Positions 50,149 to 63,760 of a stretch of 64,000 nucleotides of DNA are shown in pieces. The number at the start of each line of letters is the position of its first letter. The first letter of the stretch is position 1. Below the pieces are notes generated by a model. The model worked only from the letters and a program-made list of their open reading frames with translations, did not search any database and was not told where the DNA came from. A program made the translations under genes and the position numbers. Source of the stretch: Vicugna vicugna (Eukaryota); contig MU057416.1 in the NCBI GenBank assembly GCA_013265495.1, positions 1,172,545 to 1,236,544 on the forward strand, read 5' to 3'.

Positions 50149-51608
50149 AAACCTGTCAGTGTATTGCCTCATTCTGTGGACAACTGTGCCCAAATAAGGT
50201 ATGGCTGTGCTGGGAGGTGACCTCAAGTGGTTTTATGTGTGTGTCATTTTTTTAGCTCTACTGAGCGTCCTCAGAGCTTCCTGCGTTTATTCTCACAAGG
50301 TGCAGTCCGAGCTCAGATGGCACTGAGCGTCAAAGAAGGGGCTTTCCATCCAACTTTGATTTATGATCCACAGAAGTGCCAAGTTCCTGTTTTTCAAGCC
50401 CTGCGGAAAACTTTCCCAAAAGTAATCTGCTGTGTAACAGAGGCCCCCAGCAGATGCGGGGACAGGGGACGGCTCTGGGACACAGCGGCAGCTGCCCTGG
50501 ACTCTCATCTTCTGGAGGGGCTTCGGGGGAACTGGGGGCCATGAATGTTTTTATATTGTAAACACCATTCATCACAATTGCAGGGGAATAGGGAAACTCA
50601 AAGCCTGCTTATTTTGCAGTCATTTGGTAAAATATTTGTTATTAATCATTTATGGTAAAATACTTACTATTAATCATCTATGCTTGCTATGTTGTGAGCT
50701 CTCCATGCAGAATAAAGGCGCGTGGCGACCGCCCTTCGGTCTCTCCACCAGGGGCGGCTCAGGAGGTCAGGGACGGAAAACAGCTCCTGTCGCCCCTCCA
50801 AGGATCAAGGCTTCCTTCAGCCCTTAGTTAGCCGTGCGGACGTGGGGAGGGAACGACAGCGGCTTTTGTAAACATGGGGGCTGCACATCGGCCACTTGCA
50901 CATCTGGGGACATCCCAGAGCCACCGGCAGGCTCCCGGGGACGGGGGACGGGAGCGGAGAGAGCAGCAGGGAGGCCCCCACCTCCCCCGGCTGTGCAGTC
51001 GGCTCCCTCTGAACCGGGCTGCTGGGCCCCCACACCAGCTAGGGCGTTGCCCCCGGGCGGTCTTGCCCCGCATTTGGGGCGGGCAATTTCAGGCCTGTGC
51101 TGTTCTCTTCAGAGGAAGGTTACTAAGCGGCTGGGTCAGACTTGAGACAGCAGCGGTCCTCGTCCCGGCCCAGATGCCCAGATGATGTGTCCTCCCCTTC
51201 CTCCCGACTTCCTCTCTGACGAAGAGCTGTGCTCTCCGAGAACGAGCTGACAAAATAGCAGTGACAGATCTCCCAGCACATCCCAGGAGGGTGATGCCCC
51301 ATCACGTGGGTCTAAAGAATTAAAAAGGAAGGAAAGTCTACCAGACACCCGTGTTTCTTCCACCAGGAAGCTTTGGGGGGCCGGGCTCCCCACCGCAGAC
51401 CCAAGCCCGTTCATAGCCTCAGCTCCCTCTAACTCAGTGCCAGCTCGTAATAGGTGCTTGATAAATGTTTCTTGGGTTGAATCAAATACTTAATTGTTCT
51501 TCTCATAATTCAACATATATTTGAAAACAAAGAATTTGAAAAGCAGTGTTAATGATCTTTCACCCTGAAAAAGGAATACACATCCTGATTTATATGCAAA
51601 TCTTCCTC

Positions 51609-51703
51609 TGGTTCCATCCCCAGGACCTCCATTAAAAATAAACACATGCATTCATACATAAACCTAATTACCTCCCCTGAAAAATAAATTTTTACTTTAA
51701 AAA
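51609..51703 (+). mobile_element. vic-1-like SINE, 5'-truncated
   Basis: ggttccatccccaggacctccattaaaaataaa...aaacctaattacctcccctgaaaaa. Confidence 0.75.
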
Positions 51704-52611
51704 AACTTCCCCTCCACCTTTCTTATAGCTGCTTTTAAAAAGAACCTAAGAATCTAAAACTGCACCTTCGCTGGTAATTTCTACATCAATAGATTCTTGC
51801 TTATCTCGGGTAAAGGAAGGATGACTTAGAGAACAATTCTTAAAGCCATCGTGGTCCAAAGCATGGAACCCTACTTGACTTTTCACTGTCTATTGATTCA
51901 CCATGAATGTTCACATTGTTTGAAAGTTAAAGCAGGTAACAGTTTCAGCACGTAAGATGCAACATGGGGCGGGGAGTATAAACGCAGGTACCGTGAGCTT
52001 CATCGGACCTTGCAGTGATTTCATTACAGACAATACAGTTCTAAGTTAGGTGAACGTTTTTGTTTAGCCACTCTTTGATCTGAAAATCCAAATGAGAAAG
52101 ACCGTATTTCTTGAAATCTAAGGTCAACTCATCTCACATCGCGTGTGAGACGCACCATTATTTTACACACCACTCCGAAGGAAACACGCTTCTGACATCA
52201 CTGTCAGACATATCTGGGTTTGAAGTAAGCTTCACTGCGAAGACTTGTGTCTTAGAAATGAGGTTACGACGTCTTCCCTGGCTCACATTCCTCGTGGTCA
52301 AGTTCCAGAACCCCACACCCTCGGGCCACAGAAGGACCAAGCACCAGGCGTTGCGCCTGCAACCAGCAGCATCCAAGGTAAAACTACTGATGGACTTGTC
52401 TTAGGGCTTGTATCTGTATATATGTTTCCCTACTCAGAAGACACTCCTCTGTACCAAGTACTCACCATCTAGAAATAGAGACTTCGGTTCAGGCTGGGGG
52501 TCAGCTAACAGCCCAAGTGCCACAGCCGGCAGACCTGCTTTGAATCATAGTGTAGCTGGCAACAGTTAAACCGTCTAGAAAGCCATTATAACATAGCCAT
52601 GCATGCTAGAA

Positions 52612-53433
52612 AATAAGAATGCTCAACGTCGCTAACCATCAGAGAATGCAAATCAAAACTACAATGAGGTATCACCTCACACCGTCAGAGTCATTAAAAA
52701 ATCCACAAACAAACAGTAAACACTGGAGAGGGTGTGGAGAAAAGGGAATCCTCCTCCACTGCTGGTGGGAATGTAAATCGGTGCAGCCACTATGGAAAAC
52801 AGTATGGAGATGCCTTAAAAAACCGAAAATAAATCCTATGATCCAGCGATCCCACTCCTGGGCATGTATCCAGAGGGAACTTTAATTCAAAAAGATACAT
52901 GCACCCCAATGTTCATAACAGCACTGCATACAACAGTCAAGACATGGACACAACCTAAATGTCCAACAACAGATGACTGGATAAAGAAGATGTGGTATAT
53001 TTATACAATGGAATACTACTCTGCCATGAAAAAGAATGAAATAATGCCATTTGCAGCAACATGGATGGACCCAGAGATCATCATTGTGAGGCCAGAAAGG
53101 GAAAGAAGTATATTATTGTATGCCATCACTTATATGTGGAATCTAAGAACAAAAAACCACACAAATGAACTTATTTACAAAATAGGAACAGATTCAGACA
53201 CAGAAAAACTTTTGGTTATGGGGGTGGGGTTGGTGGGAAGGGATAAATTGGGAGTTCAAGATTAACAGATACTCACTACTATATATATATATGTAAAATA
53301 GATAAACAAGTTTCTACTGTCGAGCACAGGGAACTATATTCAATATCTTGTAGTCACCTATAGTGAAAATGAATCTATGAATGTGTATGTATGACTGAAA
53401 CTGACACATTGTAAACTAAAAAAAGAAAAAAAA
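52612..53433 (+). mobile_element. 5'-truncated L1 (ORF2 C-terminus + 3'UTR)
   Basis: Frameshifted peptides [69 protein letters not shown]-tail. Confidence 0.93.
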
Positions 53434-53911
53434 AGGGGGGGATGAGATTTAAGCAGAGAGCAGTGGCGATGAGGAGGCACAGAGATGGACCGAATTAGGA
53501 GAACTCCGGGCCACAAGGCTGGGTCTTCCGAAGCAGCAGCAGGTCCAAGTCTGGTCCCTGGACTCAGTGGCTCAACTCTGAGCTGGACTGCATGCAGCCA
53601 ACTTCCTGAGAACAAGGCCTTGAGAGCCACCTCTCAGGGACACCGCGGTGGCATTCGTGGCCTGGTGTCTGCTAATTCCGACGTGACGGCCTTGAAAGGC
53701 TTGAGGGACCCTTCCTGGCTGGCACTAACATCCTCTCAAACCCCACAACGGTTCACTGAGCATCGAGTTCAGTGCGAAGTCTTTTTAATGACGTGGGGGA
53801 GGATTCAGGCCATCCTCATAAACAGCTGAGGTTACAGCAGGAGGAGTAAGAGGTGGACGAGATGGTGCCCCAGTGTGGAGCGTCCGGCTCGTAAAGCAGA
53901 CAAAGGAACAC

Positions 53912-54006
53912 TTCTTTATTTTTCATGGAGGTCCTGGGGATTGAACGCAGGACCTCGCACATGCTGAGCAAGCACCCTACCTCTGAGCTGTACCCAGAGT
54001 ACCCCC
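53912..54006 (-). mobile_element. vic-1-like SINE
   Basis: atggaggtcctggggattgaacgcaggacctcgcacatgctgagcaagcaccctacctctgagctgtaccc. Confidence 0.85.
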
Positions 54007-54379
54007 GAAAGGTACTCCCCTTAACTCCCTTTGTGTTCAAAACACATCGTCCTTCTCACATAGGTGTACAGCTGGGACACAGCCGCTCCCACTGTTTTCA
54101 AGAACAAAATCAATCAACCAAGGAACGGATCTCAGAATGAAATTACGGCCCAGAATTTATGGTCCAGAACCATGTATGAATGCAGGGCTCCGTCAGGCAT
54201 GAACAGTGGTCACTAGGGTCAAGAGGGCTCTCTGGACAGCACCGACATTCTGCAAGAGATGCCTCTTAGGAAGCGCAACAAAAATGGAAGATCCAGACTA
54301 AAGGTTTTGCCTTCTCAAAGGCAAAGGTTCGTCCACCTTTGCCTTTGAGAAGCTTTTTATGGGTAACTGAGAGTCGTGT

Positions 54380-55030
54380 ACCATTCCACCAGACACTCAT
54401 GCTTGTGGGACAGACGCCTCTACACTGGATGTCTCCTTGGCCTCCCCAACTCAACATCTAATCGTCTTACCCCTGGATCAGCTCTTCCCATCCCCTCCGC
54501 AGGACCATCGATGGCCCATCACTTGAAGCCCTAGTCCGTCTCTGATCTTCCCTTCCCTACCGCACACACGGTCAGTTACCCAGCTGCTCTGTTCATGCTT
54601 CCCCTTCTGCGGCTCCTCTGTCTTCCTGGCTGTGACCACCGCCTTCTTGCTCCTGATTCCCCTCCCCTGGGGCACAGCCCTCTAACACCCCCTTCCCTCT
54701 CTCCTCTCCTCATATTCCCGTCCACCCGCTTACAATCCCAAGTTAACCTTCCTCAAGGCAACCTTTTTTAGCAAAGCATTAGAAAGATCAAAGATAGTTT
54801 CATGGCTTTGCCTTTTCTACCAAATGAATTCCAGACTCTTTAGTCTGATAGTCTAATGGTTTACCAGTCTGGCTCCAAACTTCCCCTCGCCCCGAATGCC
54901 AGCCCAAACTGCATGACTGCTCTGGAATCAGACCCTGCAATCCTTTCTGGACCCATGATCCTGTTCCAACAATCCTCTGCCTGAAATATCTCTGTCCACT
55001 CCGCCCATCAAAACCTGTGACCTACTTCCC
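54380..55030 (+). mobile_element. L2 relic
   Basis: tctacactggatgtctcc..ctcaacat and aaatgaattccagactctttagtctg...tctgcctgaaat. Confidence 0.5.
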
Positions 55031-56983
55031 TGAGATAACATCAACTAAAGCACACAACAAACAAATGAAGAGAACACAGGAGCCGCTGGCGCACCCACGC
55101 CCTCTCTCCGCGCCCCTGCCGCGCGCCAGCCGACCCGGAGGGGGAGGTCGGGTTTGGAACAGATATGCCAACTGGCTTATGGAAGAGCTCTCTTGGTGGT
55201 ACAATCCAGAGTAGTTTTTTCTTATTCTTGAATTCTCTATTTTTCTGCACAGAACATGTATTATTTTTATAAGAAAAAATATCAAGCTTTATGACGAAAG
55301 TTATCATTAAAAAAATTTTAAAGCCTTCCATCAAGGCTCTCCTCACATGCAAGCTTGTCACTAAAACTTTCTTGGGGATTAAAGGCAGTTGTAAAGTCCT
55401 CTTCCTTCAACCTGCAGTTGAGCACATGAGCGCGCGCGCGCACGCACACACGCAGTCACATGGCTAAGGGCATAAGCTTCGAAATCAGAAAAACAGAATG
55501 CAGGTCACTTTGGACCGTGCTGCCGGCCCCGCCCCTGCCGGTCCCTCCGCTGGCCCGGACAATCTCGCCATCTCCAGGTTGCAGGACACAACAGCACGCT
55601 GGTTTTCTATTTCACAACGGTACGCTTTTTAAGTGGATAATTATCAACCAAAAAGCCATCTTAGAACAAAGTTTTGTTCACACTTCCAGCTCAAGGACGA
55701 GAGTCTTTATCAGTGAACAAAAAGGACGTGCCCAGTGAGGAGCGTGCGCCCTCCCCAGGGCCCCGCGGGCGCTCCCGCCCGACAGCTCCTCGCCCGGCTT
55801 ACCTGAGGGCGCAGCACTCCCTTCTGACTTGACCCTCATTCACTATTTGACGTTCAGAGCGACCGATACTTGGGGGGTCTCCCCAACATCTTTAGTCATG
55901 TTGGGTTTCCACTACCAGCATCCCCATAAATCCGGCCACTGGGTGGCTGGGGGTTTGGTTTGGTTTTGTTGGGGGGTGAGAACTGCGAGGAACAGCTCTG
56001 TCGTCAGAGGGTTTGCTCAGGGGGAAGTTTCTGCACTGCTGCTGTCCCCAGGTCGGCTCTGTCATCTCTGCTCTCTGTCCAGAAAAGAACCCAAGAACAG
56101 TGGTGCTGCACCCCCATCTAACCTCAGCCTTCGCTTTTTCATTAAGACCCATTCCCTTGAATATATATTAAAAATACCCATATTTGCCATTACAGTCACA
56201 GAAAGTCAACTTCTAAAGCCAAGAACATTTTTATTAGTATTAATACACTATTCCCAGGTTGCATTTAGCTGAAACCAAAGGTACACTCTGATTTACTAAG
56301 ACATAATTTCTTAAGAATGTACTAGGAGAGAGGTCAGTAAAACAGGGCTGGGAAAACTTCCCTTGGACCCATCACGGCTCTTTGCCTACACGGAAGTCAA
56401 GAACTTTCAAGTATTCGGACAGAATGTTCAGCATTCTGAAATTAAGTGGACGTAATTTGGAAATGAAAACGGGAAAAAAAAAAAACTCGCTCAGAAAACA
56501 GAAATAGCACATGGAGGTCCCTCAGCACAGAGGCCCAACTGAACACATGTGGCCGAAAAAGAAAAAATTGGAGATCACATATTAAACATTTTAACTAATT
56601 ACAGCACTTAAAATACACATACACCTTATTTTTTCTATATTTGAACCTGCCTTATTTTGCTCTTAATCTGGATTTACTTGGTAACGTGTAGTGTATTACA
56701 TTGCCAATTATTTTTGTTGTTCTTTTCCTCAAAATCTTATGTTTTTTCTATTAATTGAAAAATTATATCAATAACTTTCTAACTCATAGGTTGAACGTTC
56801 TTTAATTCAAAAAAAAATCTTAGTTTAAGAAGAGAAGACCCAGATGTATCTAAATTATAAAAGTAATAAAAAGCCATGTTCCTTAAGTAGGGCACCAAGC
56901 AGGGTGATGTTTTTGAATCACGGAAGTCGAGGGAGCCTGGATTAAAGTCTGTGGCAGATCAATTCTCACTTTTAAATTCCCCT

Positions 56984-57379
56984 GATGTATGATATTGCTC
57001 ATATTTGGAGTCTAAAAAAAAACAAGAAGACACTAATGAACTCATCCACAAAACAGAAACAGACTCACAGACTTAGTAAACAATTTTATGGTTTCCAGGG
57101 AAAAGGGGTGGGAAGGGATAAATTGGGGAGTTCAGGGTTTGCAAATATTAACTACTATATACAAAAATAGATTAAAAACCAAATTTCTTCTGTGTAGCAC
57201 AGGGAACTATATTCAATATCCTGTAATAATCTTTAATGGAAAAGAATATGAAAATGAATATATGTATGTATATGCATGACTGGGGCATTGTGCTGCACAC
57301 CAGAAATTGACACACTGTAACAGACTGATACTTCAATTAAAATAAATAAATAACAATGTTTAAAAATAATAAAATAAAA
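56984..57379 (+). mobile_element. 5'-truncated L1 3'UTR
   Basis: caaaacagaaacagactcacagac, gggataaattgggg, agcacagggaactatattcaatatc, A-rich tail. TSD taaattcccct / taaatttccct. Confidence 0.9.
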
Positions 57380-58740
57380 TAAATTTCCCTAACGAGAACC
57401 TCAGAGACGTTAGCAATAAGTAATAATTTAATTTAGTAGTAATTTACATCCCACAAGAACGTCAGGAAGAGAAAATTCCAGCGTCAAGACTGAGATGATG
57501 TGAGCTGAATCTCCGGAGGAACTGGGGCAGCTCTACAAAGACGAGAACGTAACATGGAGCTCCAGGATTTTTTTTCCTGTAGCTATTTCATTATATTAAA
57601 CAACCCATGAAAACCGTAAGTAATGGCAGGAGGGAGACTATTGATTTTTCTCACTTGATTTGTCCTGAGTTGGTGTTTCTGAGCCTAAGAAGCGCTGTCT
57701 CTCCCTGAGCTACAGTCACACGCAGGGAGTTTTACTGCTGCGCTTAAGGGGAGTTTAACACGCAGGGCACAGCCAGCCAGCCCGCAGGGTCGCTGAACTG
57801 TGATAAAATACGCCATTAAGTGAAACATTGGATGGAGAAGCTGGCTCATTGGCTTGTGGTTATAGCCAAAAGAAACTCTTTGGGACGTTAACAGATTAAA
57901 ATGAGTGGTTTAAATCTCCAAGACAGACTTCTTGTCATGAATAACAGCAAAATAAAAGACCTGAGTTACACCCCAGGCGGTGTGCGTTCTGGTTCTGACC
58001 CAGTCTCGGATCTTGGACGTTCCGTCCCCTACACTTCAGTTCCTTTATCCAGAAACGAGAATGCATCATGGCCCTATCTCCAGAGTTTCTCCAGCTCTGA
58101 CGTCCTGGGATTCAGATGATAAACTGACCCATATCACATTACCCGACCAGGATTAAATGAACTCTAACGGCAAAGACAGAGTACGAAGGAATTCAACCAT
58201 TAATATCTTAATGGGGGTAGAAAAAACAGATCTTAAGTTCATAGAAGTTAAATAGAGAATGGCTAACCATGTTAAAAGATGCTCGACTTGAGTTCTAATT
58301 TTGAGATACAAATAAAGATAAGGGTATACCAATTAATTTTTTTTTAAGGCTGGAGAGAGAGAGGCGGTAGATACACAGATACCTGCACACACGGAGCAAT
58401 TTTCAGAGCGCTACCATTTTGGTCACCTGAGGGCCTAGGGTCTGGTGATGAAGGAATTTGATAACTTTCTATTTGAACTTTTTATTTTTTTACTATGTCC
58501 ATTTACATTTACACATATTTTAAAAGACTTACTGGAAAGAAACATCCTGGAGAAACAGTGGGGGAGGATAGTCACCGAGCGCGGTGCAAGGCCCCACGCC
58601 AGGGGGACGCGGCCCCGGGGGCCAGTCCGGACCGGGGCTGCAGGTGCGCAGAGCGCGGTCTCAGCGGGCATGGGCGGGCCGCTGCGCCTGCCCGGGGTCC
58701 CTCGCCCCGTCTCTTGGTAACGAGACTTATTTCCCTTTTA

Positions 58741-58922
58741 TTTTATTATTTTTTTAAGATGTATTGCAAGTAGTTGGCTTAATTGGTTTGGGGGTTTGGG
58801 AAGGGAGGGGGAGGTGATTGTTTATTTGTTTATTTAAAGGAGGTACTGGAAACGGAACCCAGGACCTCGTGCGCGCTGAGCATGCGCTCTGCCACTGAGC
58901 TGTACCTCCCCCACCCCCACCC
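58741..58922 (-). mobile_element. vic-1-like SINE with extended tail
   Basis: ggaggtactggaaacggaacccaggacctcgtgcgcgctgagcatgcgctctgccactgagctgtacctcccc. TSD cttatttccctttta (58726-58740) / cttattttcctttta (58923-58937). Confidence 0.88.
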
Positions 58923-59650
58923 CTTATTTTCCTTTTAGAAACCATACTCTTTCCATCACTCCATCCTTGTGTTTCAGGCTAGGGACCCGGACCTTCACCT
59001 CCAGTTCCCAGAGCCAGCTTTGACCCTGGCCACAGCACCACAAAACGGTCACTTTGGCCTCGAGGACGGACGCTGACCCAAGCGGCCAAGGAGAGCGCCC
59101 GGACTGGCGCTGGAGCTCCCGGACGGAGGCGCCCTTTCTCCCTCTGAGAGCAGAGCTTCGGAACCAACGTCCCTCACTGCTGCCACCACCAGCAGGGTAG
59201 AGATTTGCCTAAAAAAGCAGGAAAGCAGAACTTCTGCCCTGAGAGCCAGGTTCCCGCGGACACGGGGCGCCCGGACGAGCCGTGCAGAAGCCCCTTCCGC
59301 CGCTTGGCGGTCGTCTTCGCCGTGGCCTGAGCTGGCAAACTCGTTCTTTCCTGAGCTGCTCTGCGCTGGGCTTCTGCCCGCTTCCACCAAGAGCCGCGAC
59401 AACGATGCGCGCCTCCAGGCCTCCTTCAGTAGCTGGCGGGGCGGTACCCCCGGCCTTTGCCCAGCGGGCCCAGCGGCGTGGACCCGAGCAGCCGCGCTCA
59501 GAGGTGTTTCTTGTCATCCTTCTGCCCACGGTTTCCTGTCCTCCCACCCCGGTCCTAGACAAGAGAAGTTCAGGGGAATGTCTGCTGCACGAGGAGGTCG
59601 CTCTGATTTTCCAGCACCCAGCAGTGCCTCTGTGCAAGGCAGAACTAGGG

Positions 59651-59716
59651 CTCTACCAGAAATGACTCAACATTGTAAACTGACGAGACTTCAATAAAAA
59701 TACATGAAGAAAAAAA
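59651..59716 (+). mobile_element. Very short (~65 bp) L1 3' tip
   Basis: accagaaatgactcaacattgtaaactgacgagacttcaataaaaa. Candidate TSD agaactaggg / agaaataggg. Confidence 0.75.
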
Positions 59717-60037
59717 AGAAATAGGGTTTTATGCCCATTTTTGAGGGTTAAGACTTTGGGATGGAAGATTTGGAACCTTAAGGCCCAACCCTTGACCACA
59801 CAGCAGTGTTTACAAACCTAAGCCGCCAGGCGCCTCCCGGGCAGGGCGGCAGGAAGCCTTCCGGAAACCTGGGACCCTCGCGCTTGGTTGCTTGTAAACG
59901 ACAGTAGCGGGTGAGCCTTCTAGGGGTGGGGGAGTCCTCTAGTTGCTCAGTCTCATTTATTATTTTTTCTCGTATTTCTCTTGTTCTTGATTTTTGTCTA
60001 GATTGTTAACAAATGCATAAAGGACGTTAGCCATTTA

Positions 60038-60832
60038 GCCAGAGAGGGTGTGGAGAAAAGGGAACCCTCCTGCACTGTTGGTGGGAATGTAAACTGGTGC
60101 AGTCATTATGGAAAATAGTATGAGATTCCTTAAAAAACTGGAGTTACTATATGATCCAGCAATCTCATTCCTGGACATGTGTCTGGAGGGAACTCTTACT
60201 TCAAAAGACACACACACCCCAGTGTTAACAGCAGCACTATTTACCACAGCCAAGACGTGGAAACAACCAAATGTCCATCAACAGGTGACTTGATAAAGAA
60301 GATGTGGTATATTTATACAATGGAATACTACTCAGCCATAAAAAAGAATAAAACAATGCCATTTGCAGCAACATGGATGGACCTGGAGATCATCATTCTA
60401 AGTGAAGTAAGCCAGAAAGAGAAAGAAAAATACCATGTGAGATCGCTTATATGTGGAATCTAAAGAGAAAAAAAGATACAAATGAACTTATTTACAAAAC
60501 AGAAACAGACTCACAGACATAAAAAACAAATTTATAGTTACCAGGGGGGACAGAAGTTGGGAAGGGATAAATTGAGAGTTTGGGATTAGCAGATACTAAC
60601 TACTATATATAAAATAGATAAACAACAAGGTCCCACTGTATAGCACAGGAAACTGTGTTCAATCCTGTAGTAACTATAATGAAAAAGAACATGAAAACGA
60701 ATATATGCATATATGTGTATATATGTGTGTGTGCGTGTGTGTATATGACTGAAACATTACGCTGTGTACCAGAAATGGCACAATGTTGTAAACTGACTAT
60801 ACTTCAATTAAAAAAATAGACAAAAGAAGATT
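60038..60832 (+). mobile_element. 5'-truncated L1 (ORF2 C-terminus + 3'UTR)
   Basis: IKKMWYIYTMEYYSAIKKNKTMPFAATWMDLEIIILSEVSQ. TSD ttagccattta at 60027-60037 and 60833-60843. Confidence 0.93.
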
Positions 60833-62152
60833 TTAGCCATTTAAAGAGTTTTAGAAACTGTAGCCAATGAAAGTGGCACGTTGTCTCAAGGCTCCACTTC
60901 TTCCTAGTTCTAACAGCTCTTCAACACCTTCTTTTAGACATAGGACAAATATGGTGCCAGGCATAGGGATTCTGGTGCCGGATCAGTGGTCAGCACCCAC
61001 TGACCAGTATCTTACGGGCCAGGAACCTGCTGTATGTGACACGGAAGTTCTGTAACTAGTCGCCACTCCCAGTGCACGGTTTCTCCTTATTCTTCAATGT
61101 GAATTTCTCCCTCACTGGTGAACTCCGTCCTCCAGGAAATGGGACCAGCAGGGGAGCATCACGGACCATTGGAAAAGGTCCCCGTTTCTCTCCTCCCAGG
61201 GACAGGGCTCCTCAGTGGCCAGGAGCTCAGGACACCCTGTTCACCGCATTGATTCATCGAGATCGGGGCCAGCTCACTCTGTCTCACCTGCCTGTCATTC
61301 CCACTGACCCCCAACCATCCACAAATCTTGGGAGATTCGGGGGCCTGCCAGGGGCTGGCCCTGAGGAGACATCCTGTCCCCGGCCACGCCTCCCGCAGGC
61401 TCAGAGCCACCCACCAGGCCTGCAGCAGAAAGAGGCGGTCTCCGCGGAGCCCCTCGGAGCCAGGGTCCAAGGGAAAGACCGAGAGTGACAGGCCGGCTGT
61501 GGCAGCCACAGCTTGTAGCAGCGCCCTGACCGTGTCTGGCTGCCAACACGGACAGGACTCCTGGGGACCCCAGAGGCTGCGGGCTTCATGTTTCAGCCTC
61601 AATAAACTCAAAGGCAGGTGCAAAATGAGGGAACTGGAAAAACCCCGAAGAAAAACACCACTGGCGTGTTTTACTCAGCTGTTCCTTTGGCTCCACGACA
61701 TTTCTGCAAGGACCCCTGCCCCCGTCTCAGTGGCAGCCCCGTGGGTTCTGGTCGTATGTGACTAACAAGAGCTGGAAGAAAAACGTCGCCACCCGGGGGA
61801 AGGAGGAAAGGCTGGCCTGAAGGAGGAACTGTTAACAACGTGCTTGCTTTTGTTTCTGGGTTATGAAAACGCTCTCCATTCGGAGGTCTGCTCTTCTCCC
61901 GTCCCCGTGCACGCAGGGCTGCCCTCGCCCCCTCTGCTGTCAGCCCTGCCTTTGCTCTGTCCTGGACCACCTCCACCTGCACAGTCACCTGGAAATACGG
62001 GACCTGGGATCAGGAAGCCTTGGATGCAATCATGTTATTTCCCTCAAAAGATAATATGTGTGCTTAGCACGGTGGGCAGAGGTAGTGACAGCACAAAAGA
62101 ACATATACACTCCTGTCATTTTGTATATATTTATATATGTGTGTATGCATAT

Positions 62153-62330
62153 ATTTTATTGAAGTACGGTCAGTTTACAGTGTTGTGTCCGTTTCTGGTG
62201 TGTAGCACAGTGCTCCAGCCATGCATGGACACACTTACATTCGTTTTCGTATTCTTTTTTACTGTAAGTTACGACAAGATATTGAATATCGTTCCCTGTG
62301 CTGTACAGTATGAACTTGTTGTCTTTCTTG
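62153..62330 (-). mobile_element. L1 3'UTR fragment
   Basis: ttttattgaagtacggtcagtttacagtgttgtgtccgtttctggtgtgtagcacag...gttccctgtgctgtacagta. Confidence 0.85.
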
Positions 62331-63241
62331 TTCCTATTGTTTAAATGATTCCTCATTGGCAGCAGAAAAAAAAAATCCAGAAGCCTCTCAGCCACCCACA
62401 ACCTGGACCCCTCCCAGGATTCGTGAAATCACCCACTGCAGGCAAACTGGCTCCATCACCATCCCTTGCACTGTCGCCACACAACCCCATCCCCCAGAAA
62501 GCCCCCATCACTTTCATTCAATCCCCAGTAGACTGGTCTCTTGAAGACAGAGATCATTTTATATTTATCTGGCCTGATGCTGGATAAAATACAAACTTAT
62601 AAAATACTAGGTGACTGATAGCTCCTTGAATTGATGGACCGCTCTTCTGCCTTGTAAGGCGTGGTTCAAATTCCATCACTTCCAAAGACCCGTCTCTCCT
62701 ACAGGATCCCTTCCACCTTTGAACCACCCTAGCATCTGCTATCTGGACAATTCATTTAGCAAACAACCAGGAGATCCAGCTCTTTTCCTTTATTTTTGTG
62801 CTGTTATTTCTGCTTTTCTTGAGCTCATGTTTTATCTCTTCAGGGACCGTGAAGTGTCTTCCCCACCACAATCTCTGAAGTCTTAAACAAGTTCCTCCAA
62901 AAGCACAAGTAATACTGACCTATTTAATTTGCCAAAGTGAATCCTAACTGTGCAGAGTGTGTAATGATAGGCGACTAATACTCCTTCTTCATGAAGCCAG
63001 CTGGGCTCTTTAAAGCACCCTGAGCCTTTAGCCCTGCTTCGTTCCGCAAAAAGGCAAGCTCTTTATCTACGCTCCCTAACCCTCGTGAATGACACGTAAA
63101 ACATGACCATTAGTACTCGATTTGGAAACTGAAGTATAATTCCTGTAAACATGATTTTAAAGGAGAAGGCATTTGTCTAACTGTGCCTTCCTGACTTTCA
63201 CACGTGTTTGTATGTGTACTTGGTGTTTCGTCCTCACGTTT

Positions 63242-63760
63242 TATGGTAGCCAGCTTCCAAGATGGCGCCCAGTGGCTCTTGCCCCCTGGTCTTCATGATC
63301 CAGGTAGTCCCTGGCCTCCTCCCACACTGGTGGGTGGACCTGCGTGACCAACAGGTTACTGCAGAAATGAAGAAGTGTGGCTTCCAAGGCCAGACCATAA
63401 ATGACACTGCAGCCCCTCTACTCGCTTAGACCATTCACTCCAGGGGAAGCCAGCTGCCATATCACAAGGATGCTCAAGCCACCCCGCAGAGGGGTCTGTG
63501 TGCCCAGGAGCTGAGGCCTCCTGCCAACAGCCAGCACCGACTTGCCCACCTTGTCAGTGAGCCACCTTGGACACAGGTCCCCCAGCCCCAGGCAAGCCTT
63601 CAGCCGACCGCCGCCCCAGCTGACATCCTGACTTCAGGTTCCTTGAGACCAGCTTCTCCCATGTCCCTGATCCACAGAAACTGTTCAACACAAGAAGTGT
63701 TACTGTTATTCAAACTGCCGAGTTCGGGGGTAATTTGTTATGTGTCATCATATGACGAAG
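63242..63760 (+). mobile_element. MLT1F-like (MaLR) solo LTR
   Basis: Starts tatggtagccagcttccaagatggc; internal ggggaagccagctgccat and gagctgaggcctcctgccaacagcca; ends gggggtaatttgttatg. Confidence 0.8.

Noticed and set aside
52619..53265. ORFs with L1 ORF2-like peptides (also 47655 and 60179)
   Set aside because: Frameshifted, 5'-truncated L1 remnants, not functional genes.
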